The translations under genes were made by a program, and so were the position numbers. A stretch of DNA of 64,000 nt, taken from assembly GCA_965220965.1 (NCBI GenBank), contig OZ244852.1, positions 160,001 through 224,000 of the forward strand, written 5' to 3'. Position 1 is the stretch's first letter; each line of letters opens with the position of its first letter. The notes below the pieces were generated by a model. The model had not been told where the DNA came from, did not search any database, and was given only the letters and a program-made list of their open reading frames with translations. Of this stretch, positions 17,913 to 28,692 are shown piece by piece. This stretch comes from Candidatus Marinacidobacterium sp. (GTDB taxonomy: Bacteria > Acidobacteriota > Vicinamibacteria > Marinacidobacterales > Marinacidobacteraceae).

Positions 17913-19337
17913 ATGCGGCTAGTCGTTCTCGGTGCGGGTCAGATGGGGGAGCACCTCCTCCGCCACCTGAGCCGGTCGCCGGAGCGGCACGATGTCACCC
18001 TCGTCGAGCTCGACCCGGACACCCGGGCTCACTTCGAGCGGAAGTACGACATAGCCGCCGCCGAGGGCGACGCCGGGGTTGCGACGGTCCTGCTGGAGCA
18101 CGGGGAGGGCGCTGATGTGCTGTTCGCGCTGACGAACAGCGACGCGACGAACCTGCTCGCGGCGGTGACCGCGACGGACCCGGCGATCGGCGTCCGCCGC
18201 GCGGTGGTGCGCCTGAGCGACCATCGCCACCGGAACAACCCGCTCCTCGGGCGCGATGGCCGCGAGGCCTCGGTCGCGACGATCTTTCCCGAGGACCTCG
18301 TGGCCCGCGAGATCCTCGGGATCATCCGCCATCCGGGCGCGCTCTCGTTCCGCTCCTTCGCCGACGGCGCCCTCTCGCTGGTGCGCGCCCGGCCCCAACG
18401 CGAGTTCGTCTTCGGCAAGGCGATCCAGGACCTCGACGTGGCCCCGCAGCGCTGGATCGTCACCGGGATCCTCCGGAAGCAGGCGAGCGGGCAAACGGGG
18501 GTTACGGGGCTCCTCGGGCCGGCTGACGAAGGCGGGGAGCCCCGCGAACTCCACATCCCCCGGGGCGACAGCCGGGTCGAGGACGGCGATGAAATCTTTG
18601 CGGTGGGGCCGACCCATTCGGCCGGGGACTTCCTCGACGCGATCGGCTCCACCGGCCGGCCGGCGCGCCGAGTCGTGGTCGCCGGGCTCGGTCAGGTCGG
18701 CCGCCGCCTCACCGAGTTCCTCCTCGACGCTGAAGTGGATGTGACCGTGATCAAGCACCGGCCCAGCCGCAAGGTGTCGGTGCCGGCCCCGACGATCGTG
18801 GGGGACGCCGCCCAGGAGGACATCCTCGCCGAGGCCGAGGTCGAGGGGGCCGACTTCTTCGTGGCCGCCACCGGGACCGACGAGGTGAACCTGATGGCGG
18901 CGTGCCTCGCCCGCAAGCTGGGCGCCCGCCGCACGATCGCGCTTCACAACCGCGACGACCTTCGCGAGGTCCTCCAGACGCTCGGCGTGGACCATCCCAT
19001 CTCGCCCGGCGTGATCACCGCCGGCGAGCTCATGCGCCAGCTCCATTCGCGGGCGCTGGTGCGGCTCGACTGGGTCGGAAGCGGCGGCGAGCTGGTCGAG
19101 ATCGAGGTCGCCGAGGGCAGCCCGGCCACCCGGGCGCCGCTCGCCGTCCTCGACTTCCCGCGGGACGCCATCGTCGGCGAAGTCCGGCGTCCCGACATGG
19201 CGCCGTTCGTCCCGAACGGGGACTACCGCTTCCGGGCGGGAGAGACGGTCGTGCTCTTCATCCGCGCCGGCGGCGAGAACCCGGACGCCGAGCGCGAGCT
19301 GCTCGAGGCGCTGGAGCGGCTGTTCGGACGGCCGTGA
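17913..19337 (+). CDS. trkA: Trk potassium uptake system NAD-binding subunit TrkA
   Basis: Two RCK-N Rossmann motifs (VVLGAGQMG, VVAGLGQVG) and two RCK-C domains (IPRGD, VPNGD); directly upstream of trkH. Confidence 0.88.
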   Translation: MRLVVLGAGQMGEHLLRHLSRSPERHDVTLVELDPDTRAHFERKYDIAAAEGDAGVATVLLEHGEGADVLFALTNSDATNLLAAVTATDPAIGVRRAVVRLSDHRHRNNPLLGRDGREASVATIFPEDLVAREILGIIRHPGALSFRSFADGALSLVRARPQREFVFGKAIQDLDVAPQRWIVTGILRKQASGQTGVTGLLGPADEGGEPRELHIPRGDSRVEDGDEIFAVGPTHSAGDFLDAIGSTGRPARRVVVAGLGQVGRRLTEFLLDAEVDVTVIKHRPSRKVSVPAPTIVGDAAQEDILAEAEVEGADFFVAATGTDEVNLMAACLARKLGARRTIALHNRDDLREVLQTLGVDHPISPGVITAGELMRQLHSRALVRLDWVGSGGELVEIEVAEGSPATRAPLAVLDFPRDAIVGEVRRPDMAPFVPNGDYRFRAGETVVLFIRAGGENPDAERELLEALERLFGRP

Positions 19338-20911
19338 ACCCCCGCGACCCCGCGCCGGGCGCGGCGCGCCACCTCGCGGGCCTTGTGGGTGGACTCGTCG
19401 GGGCGCTGGGGGTGGCGACCCTGATTCCGCTCGGCCTGGCGCTGGCTCTCGGGGAGCCCGAGTGGTCCGCATTCGCCGTCCCGGCGGCGATCGGGATCGG
19501 AGTCGGGTGGTTCACACGCCGTCATCGACCGTCCGGCGCCGATCGGCGCGACCCGGGATTCATCGTCCCCTCTCCCGGGGCGGCGTCCCGGGCCTATGGC
19601 TTCGTGGTGAGCGCGTGGGTCTTCGCCACGCTCTTCGGCGCGCTCCCGTACCTCGGCGTCTTCGGGCCCGGGTTCCTGGTCAACGCCCTGTTCGAGTCGG
19701 CCTCCGGATTCTCGACGACCGGGGCCACGATCTTCCCCGACGTGGAGTCCCTCCCGCGGTCCCTCCTGCTGTGGAGAGCGCTGACCCAGTGGCTCGGCGG
19801 GCTGGGGATCGTGATCCTCTTCGTGTGGTGGCTGGGACGCCACGCCTTCGGACTCGATGTCCTCTCCGCCGAGGCGCCGGGGCCGACACCCGAAAAGACC
19901 GAACCCAAGATCACCGAGACCGCCCGCGACACCGTCGTGGTCGGCGTGGTGCTGACGCTCGTCGTCGCCGGCGTCCTTCTCGGGCTCGGCCTCGGACCCT
20001 TCGACGCGGTCTGTCACGCGCTGACGACGCTGGCGACCGGCGGGTTCTCGACCCGGAACGAGAGTCTCGGAGCGTTCTCCCCGTCGGTGCAGTGGGCGGT
20101 CACCGCGTTCATGCTGATCGGCGGGATCCGGTTCGCCATCCATGTCCACGAGGCGAAACGCGTCGCCCGCGGCCTCGCGGCGCTCGGAAAGTGGATCCGG
20201 CGGGAGCCGCGGCTTCCGAGGCCGCCGGCCGCCAGCTACTGGAAGGATCCCGAGCTCCGGCTCTATCTGGGGATCATCGCGGTCGCGACCCTGCTGCTCG
20301 CCGGCAGCCGGGGACTCGCCGGGATCGAGACGCCGGAAGCCCTCCGCCACGCCGCGTTCCAGGCGGTCTCGATCATCACCGCATCGGGGTTCTCGGTCGA
20401 CAACTACGACGCGTGGTCCGATTTCTCGCGCTCGCTTCTCTTCGTGCTCATGTTCGTGGGCGGCTGCGTCGGCTCGACCGCCGGATCCATCAAGGTCCTG
20501 CGGTGGCTCATCCTGTTCCGGAAGGCGCCGCTCGCGCTCCGCACCGTGAACCAGCCCCACACCGAGATCCGGGTCCATGTCGGGAAGGCCGCCGTCCCGC
20601 CCACTGTCACCGCGACGATCGGCGAGTTCGTGCTGCTGTTTCTCGGCGTCACGGTGGCCGGGGCGCTCGTGATCGTGGCGATGGGGGTCGAGCCGATCAC
20701 GGCGTTCAGCGCGTCGGCGGCGGCGGTCACGAACGTCGGACCGGGGTTCGCCGAGGTCGGGCCCGCCGCCAACTACGCGCACCTCCCCGTCGGCGCGCGC
20801 GTTCTGCTCCCGGTCCTGATGATCGCCGGGCGTCTCGAGCTCGTCACCGTGGCGGTCCTGCTGTCCGCGCCCGCGCGCCAGATCCGCACCCGCCTCCGGG
20901 CGCTGAAGTAG
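19334..20911 (+). CDS. trkH: Trk potassium uptake membrane subunit TrkH
   Basis: [53 protein letters not shown] overlap with trkA. Confidence 0.93.
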   Translation: MNPRDPAPGAARHLAGLVGGLVGALGVATLIPLGLALALGEPEWSAFAVPAAIGIGVGWFTRRHRPSGADRRDPGFIVPSPGAASRAYGFVVSAWVFATLFGALPYLGVFGPGFLVNALFESASGFSTTGATIFPDVESLPRSLLLWRALTQWLGGLGIVILFVWWLGRHAFGLDVLSAEAPGPTPEKTEPKITETARDTVVVGVVLTLVVAGVLLGLGLGPFDAVCHALTTLATGGFSTRNESLGAFSPSVQWAVTAFMLIGGIRFAIHVHEAKRVARGLAALGKWIRREPRLPRPPAASYWKDPELRLYLGIIAVATLLLAGSRGLAGIETPEALRHAAFQAVSIITASGFSVDNYDAWSDFSRSLLFVLMFVGGCVGSTAGSIKVLRWLILFRKAPLALRTVNQPHTEIRVHVGKAAVPPTVTATIGEFVLLFLGVTVAGALVIVAMGVEPITAFSASAAAVTNVGPGFAEVGPAANYAHLPVGARVLLPVLMIAGRLELVTVAVLLSAPARQIRTRLRALK

Positions 20912-20984
20912 CCGGGTCCGGGGGGCGCGGCTCCGCTCCGGCGGGCGCCGTCGCGACCGGGCGTCCCCCTACAATCCCTCCGCC

Positions 20985-22949
20985 GTGTCCGCCAAGTCCA
21001 ACTCCGGTCCCGAGATCGAAACCCTGCTCGCCGAGAACCGGGTGATCGCCCCGCCCGAAGCGTTTCGGAGGGCGGCGAACGTCCAGGACGAAGGGATCTA
21101 CCGCGAAGCAGCGAGCGATCCCGAAGGGTTCTGGGAGAAGCAGGCCGCGCAGCTCGAGTGGTCCCGCGGCTGGGACCGCGTCCTCGACTGGAACCCGCCC
21201 TACGCGCGTTGGTTCGTCGGGGGACGGCTGAACGCCAGCGTCAACTGTCTCGACCGCCACATCGCCGCCGGCCGCGGCGACCGCATCGCCTTCTGGTGGG
21301 AAGGGGAGCCGGGCGATCGCCGGACGCTGACCTACGCCGAACTGCACCGCGAGGTCTGCCGGTTTGCGAACGCGCTTCGCGCCCTCGGAGTCGGGAAGGG
21401 CGACCGGGTCGCGATCTACCTGGGGATGGTTCCGGAACTCCCGGTGGCCATGCTGGCCTGCGCCCGGATCGGGGCGCCCCACAGCGTGGTGTTCGCCGGG
21501 TTCTCGGCCGCCTCGCTTCGCGACCGGATCAACGACGCCGAGGCGAAGGTCGTGATCACCGCCGACGGCGGCCACCGGCGCGGCGGGATCGTCCCCCTGA
21601 AGGCCATCTCCGACGAGGCCGTCGCCGGGGCGCCCTCGGTCACCGGCGTGGTCGTCGTCCGCCGCACCGAACAGCCCGTCCCGATGGTCGCCGGGCGCGA
21701 CCACTGGTGGCATGACCTCGTCGCGGACGCCGCCGACGAGGCCGAACCCGAGGAGATGGACTCCGAGGATGTCCTCTACATCCTCTACACCTCGGGAACG
21801 ACCGGTAAGCCGAAGGGGATCGTTCACACCACCGGCGGCTATCTGACCGGCGTCACCGCGACCGCGCGCGCCGTCTTCGACCTGAAGGACGACGACGTCT
21901 GGTGGGCGGCGGCCGATATCGGCTGGGTCACCGGCCATTCCTACATCGTCTACGGGCCGCTGGCGCTCGGCGTGTCGCAGGTCCTCTACGAAGGCGCCCC
22001 CGACTGGCCGGACCGGGCGAGGATCTGGTCGCTCATCGAGCGCTACCGGGTCACCGTCCTCTACACCGCGCCCACCGCGATCCGGGCGTTCATGAAGTGG
22101 GGCGATCAGCATCCGCAATCGAAGGACCTGGGTTCGCTGCGCCTCCTCGGCACCGTCGGCGAGCCGATCAATCCAGAGGCCTGGGTCTGGTACCACCGCA
22201 CGATCGGCGGCGGACGCTGCCCGGTGGTGGACACCTGGTGGCAGACCGAGACCGGGGCGGTCATGTGCAGTCCGCTTCCCGGGATCACCGCGCTGAAGCC
22301 GGGCTCCGCGACCCGCGCCTTCCCCGGGATCTCGCTCGAGGTGCTCGACCGGCGCGGAGACCCGGTCGAAGTGGGCGGCGGGCTGCTCGCCATCACGCGC
22401 CCGTGGCCCTCGATGCTTCGCGGGATCTGGCGGGACCCGGAGCGGTTCGAGGCGACCTACTGGAGCCAGTGGAAGGACGTCTATTTCCCCGCCGACGGAG
22501 CGCACCGGGACGAGGACGGCTACTTCTGGATCATGGGCCGGGTCGACGATGTCCTGAACGTCTCCGGCCACCGGCTCGGGGCCGCCGAGATCGAGAGCGC
22601 CCTCGTCGAACATGACGCCGTCGCCGAGGCCGCGGTCGTCGGGCGGCCGCACGAAATCAAGGGTGAGGGAATCGCCGCCTTCGTCGTTCTCCGCGAGGCG
22701 GCCGCCGACACGATGGGCCGCGACGAACTCATCCGCGATCTGCGGACCCATGTGGGGAAGGCCATCGGCCCCATCGCGCGCCCCGACGACATCGTGATCG
22801 CCGCCGATGTCCCGAAGACGCGCTCGGGGAAGATCATGCGCCGGCTGCTGCGCGACATCGCCGCCGGAAAGGCCATCGGCGACACGACGACCCTGGCGGA
22901 CCCGGCGGTCGTCGAACGGCTCAAGGAGGAGTACGGGGATGACGAGTGA
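20985..22949 (+). CDS. acs: Acetate--CoA ligase
   Basis: [46 protein letters not shown]. Confidence 0.97.
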   Translation: MSAKSNSGPEIETLLAENRVIAPPEAFRRAANVQDEGIYREAASDPEGFWEKQAAQLEWSRGWDRVLDWNPPYARWFVGGRLNASVNCLDRHIAAGRGDRIAFWWEGEPGDRRTLTYAELHREVCRFANALRALGVGKGDRVAIYLGMVPELPVAMLACARIGAPHSVVFAGFSAASLRDRINDAEAKVVITADGGHRRGGIVPLKAISDEAVAGAPSVTGVVVVRRTEQPVPMVAGRDHWWHDLVADAADEAEPEEMDSEDVLYILYTSGTTGKPKGIVHTTGGYLTGVTATARAVFDLKDDDVWWAAADIGWVTGHSYIVYGPLALGVSQVLYEGAPDWPDRARIWSLIERYRVTVLYTAPTAIRAFMKWGDQHPQSKDLGSLRLLGTVGEPINPEAWVWYHRTIGGGRCPVVDTWWQTETGAVMCSPLPGITALKPGSATRAFPGISLEVLDRRGDPVEVGGGLLAITRPWPSMLRGIWRDPERFEATYWSQWKDVYFPADGAHRDEDGYFWIMGRVDDVLNVSGHRLGAAEIESALVEHDAVAEAAVVGRPHEIKGEGIAAFVVLREAAADTMGRDELIRDLRTHVGKAIGPIARPDDIVIAADVPKTRSGKIMRRLLRDIAAGKAIGDTTTLADPAVVERLKEEYGDDE

Positions 22950-24429
22950 GCACCGGGGAGCGACTCCGGCCGTCGGCGTCGAGGCGATCTCGCCGCCGGG
23001 CCCCGGCGCGCTGGTCGTTTTCCTGTTCGACGACGAGCTGGACCTCGTCGGGACGCCGCCGGCGGGCCACGAGGACTTCGTCGCGAACGCGGGACGCGTG
23101 TTCGCCGACAAGGACGTCCGCTCGCCGGTCGCCGGCCACGACGGTCCGCAGCGCCCCGCCGCGCTCGCGCTCCACACCGGGTCGGCCCGGGGCTGGCCGA
23201 CGACCGAGGCGATCCGGATCCTCGGCGCCCGGGCGCTGGCCCACGCCAGGGACTTCGGACTGGCCGAAGTCGTCTTCGCGCTCGGCGGGCCGGACGGGCC
23301 CCGGCACGCGGCGGCGGCCGCCGAAGGGGCGGCGCTCGGCGGCTACCGGTTCACCCGCTACCGGAAGGATCCCGGCAAGCCCCCACCGGCGGTGCGCGTC
23401 CTCGTCGGGGAGGACGCCGTCGGGTCCACCGCCGCCGATGTCGAGGCGGCGCGGAGCCTCGCGGTCGAGGTGAATCGCGCCCGCGACCTGATCAACGAGC
23501 CCGGGGAGGCGGTGATCCCCGAGACGCTCGCCGAGGAGGCGCGGCGGATCGGCGTCGAGACCGGGCTCGAAGTCGAGGTCTGGGATGAATCGCGCCTGCG
23601 GGACGAGGGCTACCCGGGCCTGATCTCGGTCGGGCAGGGGAGCCACCGCCCCCCCCTGCTCATCGTGATGCGTCACCGGCCGGCCGATCCCCGGGGCGAT
23701 GGAGCGCATCTGGCGCTCGTCGGAAAGGGAATCACCTTCGACACCGGCGGCATCTCGCTCAAGCCCCCGTCCGGGATGTGGACCATGAAGGGGGACATGT
23801 CCGGCGCCGCCGCCGTCCTGCGCGCCATGTCCGCCGTGGCCCGCGCCGGGCTCCCGGCGACCGTGACCGGCATCGTGGCGACCGCGGAGAACTACCCGGG
23901 GCCGGAGGCCACCCGACCGGGTGACATCTTCGTGGCCCGGAACGGGAAGTCGGTGATGGTGGACAACACCGACGCCGAGGGCCGGCTCGTCCTGACGGAC
24001 GCGCTGGCGCGCGCCGGAGAAGAGGGGGCGACCGACATCGTGGACGTCGCGACCCTGACCGGCGCCTGCGTCCGCGCCCTCGGAACCGGCGTCGCGGGCG
24101 TCATGGGGAACGACCCGGGGCTGATCCGTCAGGTCATCGAGGCGGGCGCGGCTCACGGGGAGGCCCTGTGGGAGCTGCCGCTCGTCGAGGAGTACCGCGA
24201 GGAACTGCGGACCGACTCGGCGGATCTGAAGAACATCGGCGGCATCAACGCCGGCGCGATCACCGCGGGGCTCTTTCTCGAGGAGTTCGTGCCCGAGGGC
24301 GCCCGGTGGGCGCACCTCGACATCGCCGGCCCCTTCCTGGTCGAGAAGCCCTGGAAGTACTTCCCGAAGGGGGCCACCGGCTTCGGCGTCCGGACGCTCT
24401 ACGCGACCGCCGCCGCCTTCGGGGGATAG
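22939..24429 (+). CDS. pepA: Leucyl aminopeptidase (M17)
   Basis: [42 protein letters not shown]. Confidence 0.93.
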   Translation: MTSEHRGATPAVGVEAISPPGPGALVVFLFDDELDLVGTPPAGHEDFVANAGRVFADKDVRSPVAGHDGPQRPAALALHTGSARGWPTTEAIRILGARALAHARDFGLAEVVFALGGPDGPRHAAAAAEGAALGGYRFTRYRKDPGKPPPAVRVLVGEDAVGSTAADVEAARSLAVEVNRARDLINEPGEAVIPETLAEEARRIGVETGLEVEVWDESRLRDEGYPGLISVGQGSHRPPLLIVMRHRPADPRGDGAHLALVGKGITFDTGGISLKPPSGMWTMKGDMSGAAAVLRAMSAVARAGLPATVTGIVATAENYPGPEATRPGDIFVARNGKSVMVDNTDAEGRLVLTDALARAGEEGATDIVDVATLTGACVRALGTGVAGVMGNDPGLIRQVIEAGAAHGEALWELPLVEEYREELRTDSADLKNIGGINAGAITAGLFLEEFVPEGARWAHLDIAGPFLVEKPWKYFPKGATGFGVRTLYATAAAFGG

Positions 24430-24467
24430 CCGGAGAGGCGTCCGCCCGTCCGGGACCTCCGGGGCGG

Positions 24468-25130
24468 TCAGCCCGAACCGGAGACTTCGCCCACCGCCTC
24501 CCGCAGGTGATGCAGAGCGACCGGACCGAAGGCGAGCGAGGGCCCGGTGAGGTCGCGACGCGTCAGTTGCGGCGCCATGAGACCGCCAGCGGTGTGAGGA
24601 CACGCCGGAGCCACCGCATGCACGAGCTCATGGGCGAGGATCCGGCCGAGAGCGATGCCCAGCCGCTGTCGCCCCGCGGCCGGACCCCGCAGGTGTCGCC
24701 TCCGTCCTTTCCGACCGCGGCGCGCCCGCTTTCCCGGAGCTGGAGGGCGGATGCCGAGCGCGCGTTCCGCCTCCCCGACCGACAGGAAGATCGAGCGGGG
24801 CCCTCCGGGATGCCCGACCGCAACGCCGATCGCGCCGGAGGCGGTCGTCCAGTGCGCCGGGATCTCCGGATACACGGTCGCCGGGACGATTCCCGGACCG
24901 GCCCGGGTCACGAAACGCAGCGGTGCGCCCGCGGCGGCGAAGGCCAGCCGGGCTTCGTCGCGGACCTGCTCCTCGAGCCGGTCCGGAAGCAGGTCGTAGG
25001 GGTCGAAGAGCCGCACCCGGATCGTCCCTGGCGGCAGGTCTCCGGCGACGGCTGGTTCGGCGGACGCGGGCGGGTTCAGCCACGGCGCTGCGGCGAGGAG
25101 GGCGATGGGGGCGAGGCGTCCGATGCGCAT
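24468..25130 (-). CDS. Secreted hypothetical protein with HExxH zincin-like motif
   Basis: Signal peptide; ALGRILAHELVH...H...GLM. Confidence 0.7.
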   Translation of the reverse strand: MRIGRLAPIALLAAAPWLNPPASAEPAVAGDLPPGTIRVRLFDPYDLLPDRLEEQVRDEARLAFAAAGAPLRFVTRAGPGIVPATVYPEIPAHWTTASGAIGVAVGHPGGPRSIFLSVGEAERALGIRPPAPGKRARRGRKGRRRHLRGPAAGRQRLGIALGRILAHELVHAVAPACPHTAGGLMAPQLTRRDLTGPSLAFGPVALHHLREAVGEVSGSG

Positions 25131-25276
25131 GTTTCCGGCAACGCGCGCCGGGCGCGACAGTTCGGATCCGCGCCCAATTCGGCGTTTCGCCCGACTTTGT
25201 TGGATCCACCTCCAGAATCCGCCACCGACCCTGGCCTCTCCGGCGACGCCGCTCCTCCATCGGCGGGCCGTTCCGC

Positions 25277-26488
25277 GTGACCGCCGCCGCTCCGCCCCGC
25301 GCCGACTGCGTGGTGATCGGCGGCGGGATCGTGGGGCTCGCGGCGGCGCGGGCCATCGCGCAGGAACCGGGCCGCCCCTCGGTCGCGGTCCTCGAGAAGG
25401 AGCCAGGGGTCGCCCGTCACCAGTCCGGCCGGAACAGCGGAGTGATCCATTCCGGGCTCTACTACCCGGAGGGGTCGCTGCGCGCCCGCAACTGCCGCCG
25501 GGGCGTCGGGTTGCTTCTCGACTTCTGCCGGGAGAACGGTGTGGCGTTCCGCCTGTCCGGGAAGGTCGTGGTGGCTTCCGACCCCGCCGAGCGGGTTCGC
25601 CTCGAGGCGCTCCTCGAGCGGGGCAAGGCGAACGGTGTCCCCGGGCTGAAGATGCTGGACCGCGCCGGGCTCCGCGAGATCGAACCGCACGCCGAGGGCG
25701 TCGCGGCGATTCACTCGCCCACCACCGGCGTCATCCGCTTCCGCGACGTCGCCGAGACGCTGGCCCGCCGGCTGGAGGCCGGCGGCGGTCAGGTCGTGAC
25801 CGGAGCGTCGGTCGAGGCGATCGCCAGCGATGCGGGAGAGACGCGCGTTGTGACGACGGCGGGGGAGGTCCGCTGCCGCACGCTGGTGAACTGCGCCGGC
25901 CTTCACGCGGATCGGGTGGCCCGTCTCGCCGGCGATGAACCGGGGCTCGTCATGGCGCCCTTTCGCGGAGAGTTCTTCCGCGTGCGGGCGGACCGCGCCG
26001 ACCTTGTTCGCGGGATGATCTATCCGACCCCCGATCCGAGGTTCCCGTTCCTGGGGGTCCACCTTCACCGGACCATGGACGGAGCGCTCCACGCCGGCCC
26101 GAACGCGGTGCTGGCGGCGGCGCGGGAGGGTTACCGCTGGCGGGACGTCGTTCTTCGGGATCTCGGCGAGCTGGTTCGCGACCCGGGGCTTCGTCGGCTC
26201 GTGAAGCGCGAGTGGCGGACCGCCGCCGCCGAGGTCCGCCGGTCGCTGTGGAAGCCGACGTTCCTTCGCAGCCTGCGGCGGCTGGTTCCGGAGCTACGCG
26301 GGGAGGATCTCCAGGCGGCGCCGGCGGGCGTCCGGGCGATCGCCGTCGAGCGCGACGGCCGGATCGCCGACGACTTCCGGATCGTGCGCCGGGGGCGGCG
26401 CATCCATGTGCTCAACGCGCCGTCGCCGGCGGCGACCGCCGCGCTCGCGATCGGCGAGCAGATCGCGTCGCTCGCCGGCGAAGAGTGA
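25277..26488 (+). CDS. lhgO: L-2-hydroxyglutarate oxidase (FAD-dependent)
   Basis: IGGGIVG, HQSGRNSGVIHSGLYY, YPTPDPRFPFLGVH, NAPSPAATA. Confidence 0.92.
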   Translation: MTAAAPPRADCVVIGGGIVGLAAARAIAQEPGRPSVAVLEKEPGVARHQSGRNSGVIHSGLYYPEGSLRARNCRRGVGLLLDFCRENGVAFRLSGKVVVASDPAERVRLEALLERGKANGVPGLKMLDRAGLREIEPHAEGVAAIHSPTTGVIRFRDVAETLARRLEAGGGQVVTGASVEAIASDAGETRVVTTAGEVRCRTLVNCAGLHADRVARLAGDEPGLVMAPFRGEFFRVRADRADLVRGMIYPTPDPRFPFLGVHLHRTMDGALHAGPNAVLAAAREGYRWRDVVLRDLGELVRDPGLRRLVKREWRTAAAEVRRSLWKPTFLRSLRRLVPELRGEDLQAAPAGVRAIAVERDGRIADDFRIVRRGRRIHVLNAPSPAATAALAIGEQIASLAGEE

Positions 26489-26512
26489 TGGCTGACCCGG
26501 CGAACTCCGGCT

Positions 26513-27706
26513 TCAGTCCTCGGTCGTCGTTTCGAATCCGGATGGCTCCCGCGCGGGCGAGCGGCGGCGCAGCTCCGCGATGAGCAGCCGGACGACCGTT
26601 CCGTAACTCCGGGCCCCGTCCGGGATCCGCATCGTCCGCAGGTAGGAGTCGTTGACCCGCCGGGCGGCGCCCCGCACCATCCCCCGGTACTGCGCCCAGA
26701 ACGCGTCCAGTTCGTCGAGGTCCCGGCGGGGGCCCGGCCCGAGCGCCGCCCAGGCCCGCTCGCGGTTCTCCGGGCTCGCGTGCCGGACTGCGGCGAGCAG
26801 GTGGCGCGAGGCGTAGAACGACGCCGCGTAGTTCAGGTACGGCTCGCGGCGGTAGCGCGAGAGCGCCAGCCAGGCGGCGAAGCTGGCCTCGCCCTCGTGG
26901 GTGATCGCGCGCTGGTGCGCCTTCTCGTGGGCCGCGGTGAAGGCCACCGCGACGTCCGGAGGGCCGGTGTTCACCGTGGGCTCCCCGGTGAAGGGAACGA
27001 AGATGCCGCTGATCCCCATGCGGGACATGAGGCCGGAGAACACCGCCGGCTTCACCGGCGAGGCGCGCCCGGGCCCGGGGTCGCCCGGCAGGTCCAGCGC
27101 GGCGAAGGCCTCGTCGATCGCGAGGCTCATCCGCCGGAAGCTGAGCGGGTTCTCGGAAACGCGGTCCGTGGGCAGTCCGGCTATCCGGTGCAGCCGCGTC
27201 GTTTCCCGGGCCACCCGGACCGCCAGCCCGACGAGTTCCGATTCGCGAATCTCCCGATCCGGAAGTTCGAGCCGGGGCTCCAGGCGGGGGCGCGCGTAGT
27301 TCAGGCCCCAGACGAACACGAACGCCGCAAAGAGGGCCCCGGCGCTGCCCGCGGCGAACAGGAGGAGCTGCCCGGCGCCACGAAGACCCGAACCGCGCGG
27401 CGCCGCCGGCGGAGGCGCCGGAGATCCGCTTCGGGCGCCGATCCGGGCCAGGCGGTAGACGCGTCGGCCGACGACGAAGAGCAGCGCCGCCCCGGTGAAG
27501 ACCTCAGCCACCGAGAACGGGACGAGGCCGCCGACGAAAGAGAGCAGCCCCACGACGACCGGATAGAAGCCCTCGGTATAGACGGCCTCCACGGCCTCCG
27601 GCCTGCCGAGCGCCCACTGGAAGAGCAGGAGCGCGAGCGCCCCGGCCGCCACTCCGGACACGACGAAGACCCGCCGCCAGGACACGCCCGGTCCCCGCCG
27701 GCTCAT
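26513..27706 (-). CDS. DUF3810 family membrane protein (HExxH, putative zinc peptidase)
   Basis: N-terminal TM helices, WGLNYAR, PFTGEPTVN, AHEKAHQ...EGEA. Confidence 0.85.
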   Translation of the reverse strand: MSRRGPGVSWRRVFVVSGVAAGALALLLFQWALGRPEAVEAVYTEGFYPVVVGLLSFVGGLVPFSVAEVFTGAALLFVVGRRVYRLARIGARSGSPAPPPAAPRGSGLRGAGQLLLFAAGSAGALFAAFVFVWGLNYARPRLEPRLELPDREIRESELVGLAVRVARETTRLHRIAGLPTDRVSENPLSFRRMSLAIDEAFAALDLPGDPGPGRASPVKPAVFSGLMSRMGISGIFVPFTGEPTVNTGPPDVAVAFTAAHEKAHQRAITHEGEASFAAWLALSRYRREPYLNYAASFYASRHLLAAVRHASPENRERAWAALGPGPRRDLDELDAFWAQYRGMVRGAARRVNDSYLRTMRIPDGARSYGTVVRLLIAELRRRSPAREPSGFETTTED

Positions 27707-27935
27707 GAAGCAACTCTACCGGAGCCGGACCCCCGGGAGGGTCAGTCCGACGATCGGCGGGCGGACCTTTCGTGCGGGAGCGCGGGGCGTGCTGTCTCTA
27801 TGCGGCCAGGACTCCCGGGTCACGCTCCGCCGCTGACAGCGACTCGGCGTGTTTCGGGTTGGTCGAGTCTCCTGGTCTTCTGTGGACCGCTTGCGTGTGT
27901 CCGCGAAGGTGGCGACTTGCTCTCGCCAGCGTCGG

Positions 27936-28607
27936 TCATGGCCGAGGGACGCCGGTTCCGAAGTCCGCCATGGCTTCGCGCAGCGAATCTCCCACGGCCT
28001 CCCAGTCCTCCCGGAGCGCTTCCGAGACGGTGGGAACCCGAGGTGGCTGAGCGCGCGGCCGGAGGAAGAGCGCGCCGGGGTCGAAGACGCTTGCGATCCC
28101 TTCCATCCAGGGCCTCCGAGGCATCTCTCCCGGTGTCCTCGGGTATCGCCGAACGACATCGCGAGCGACGCTCTCGGTCGCCATGTCCGGATAGCGGTTG
28201 TGGATGGCGGCGAGCAGGCGCCCGAACCGCAGCGAAAGGACCCACCGGGCCAGTTCCCTCATGTAGTCCCGCACCGGATCCGACATCCGCTCCAGTCGCT
28301 TCCGCCCCCTGGCCAGGCCGGACGGCGTCAATCCGTAGGTCCTGTATGTGTAGTCGGTCCGGACGACGACATGCCCACTGCCGGCCCAGCGCTCGAGCTC
28401 GTCGAAGATGGCGCGGTCGAACGGCCCGTACCGGTACGGCCGGAACCGGAAGTGCGGGCCGTCAACGAGATCGGGGATCTCGCGATCGATCAGGAACAGA
28501 AGCTTCTGGATCCGGACGGGTTCGAAGAGCGTTCCCGGCAGGCAGGTCGCCATCGCCATGAGAACGATGTCGGAACGCTCGATCGCGCCCGGCTCCTGTG
28601 TGGTCAT
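27936..28607 (-). CDS. Panacea/SocA(DUF4065)- or YwgA-like wHTH protein with an extra C-terminal DW..VG..L motif
   Basis: VRIQKLLFLID, FRPYRYGPF, YGLTPSG, LLAAIHNRYP; tail GIASVFD...ALREDWEAVGDSLREAM. Confidence 0.65.
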   Translation of the reverse strand: MTTQEPGAIERSDIVLMAMATCLPGTLFEPVRIQKLLFLIDREIPDLVDGPHFRFRPYRYGPFDRAIFDELERWAGSGHVVVRTDYTYRTYGLTPSGLARGRKRLERMSDPVRDYMRELARWVLSLRFGRLLAAIHNRYPDMATESVARDVVRRYPRTPGEMPRRPWMEGIASVFDPGALFLRPRAQPPRVPTVSEALREDWEAVGDSLREAMADFGTGVPRP

Positions 28608-28692
28608 CGCAACCGGCTGTTGACCCCGGCGGTGGACAGTACGTGTCTCGCCCGCTGTCGCAAGAGCATTCCGGACGCTGTCCACGCGCCGC

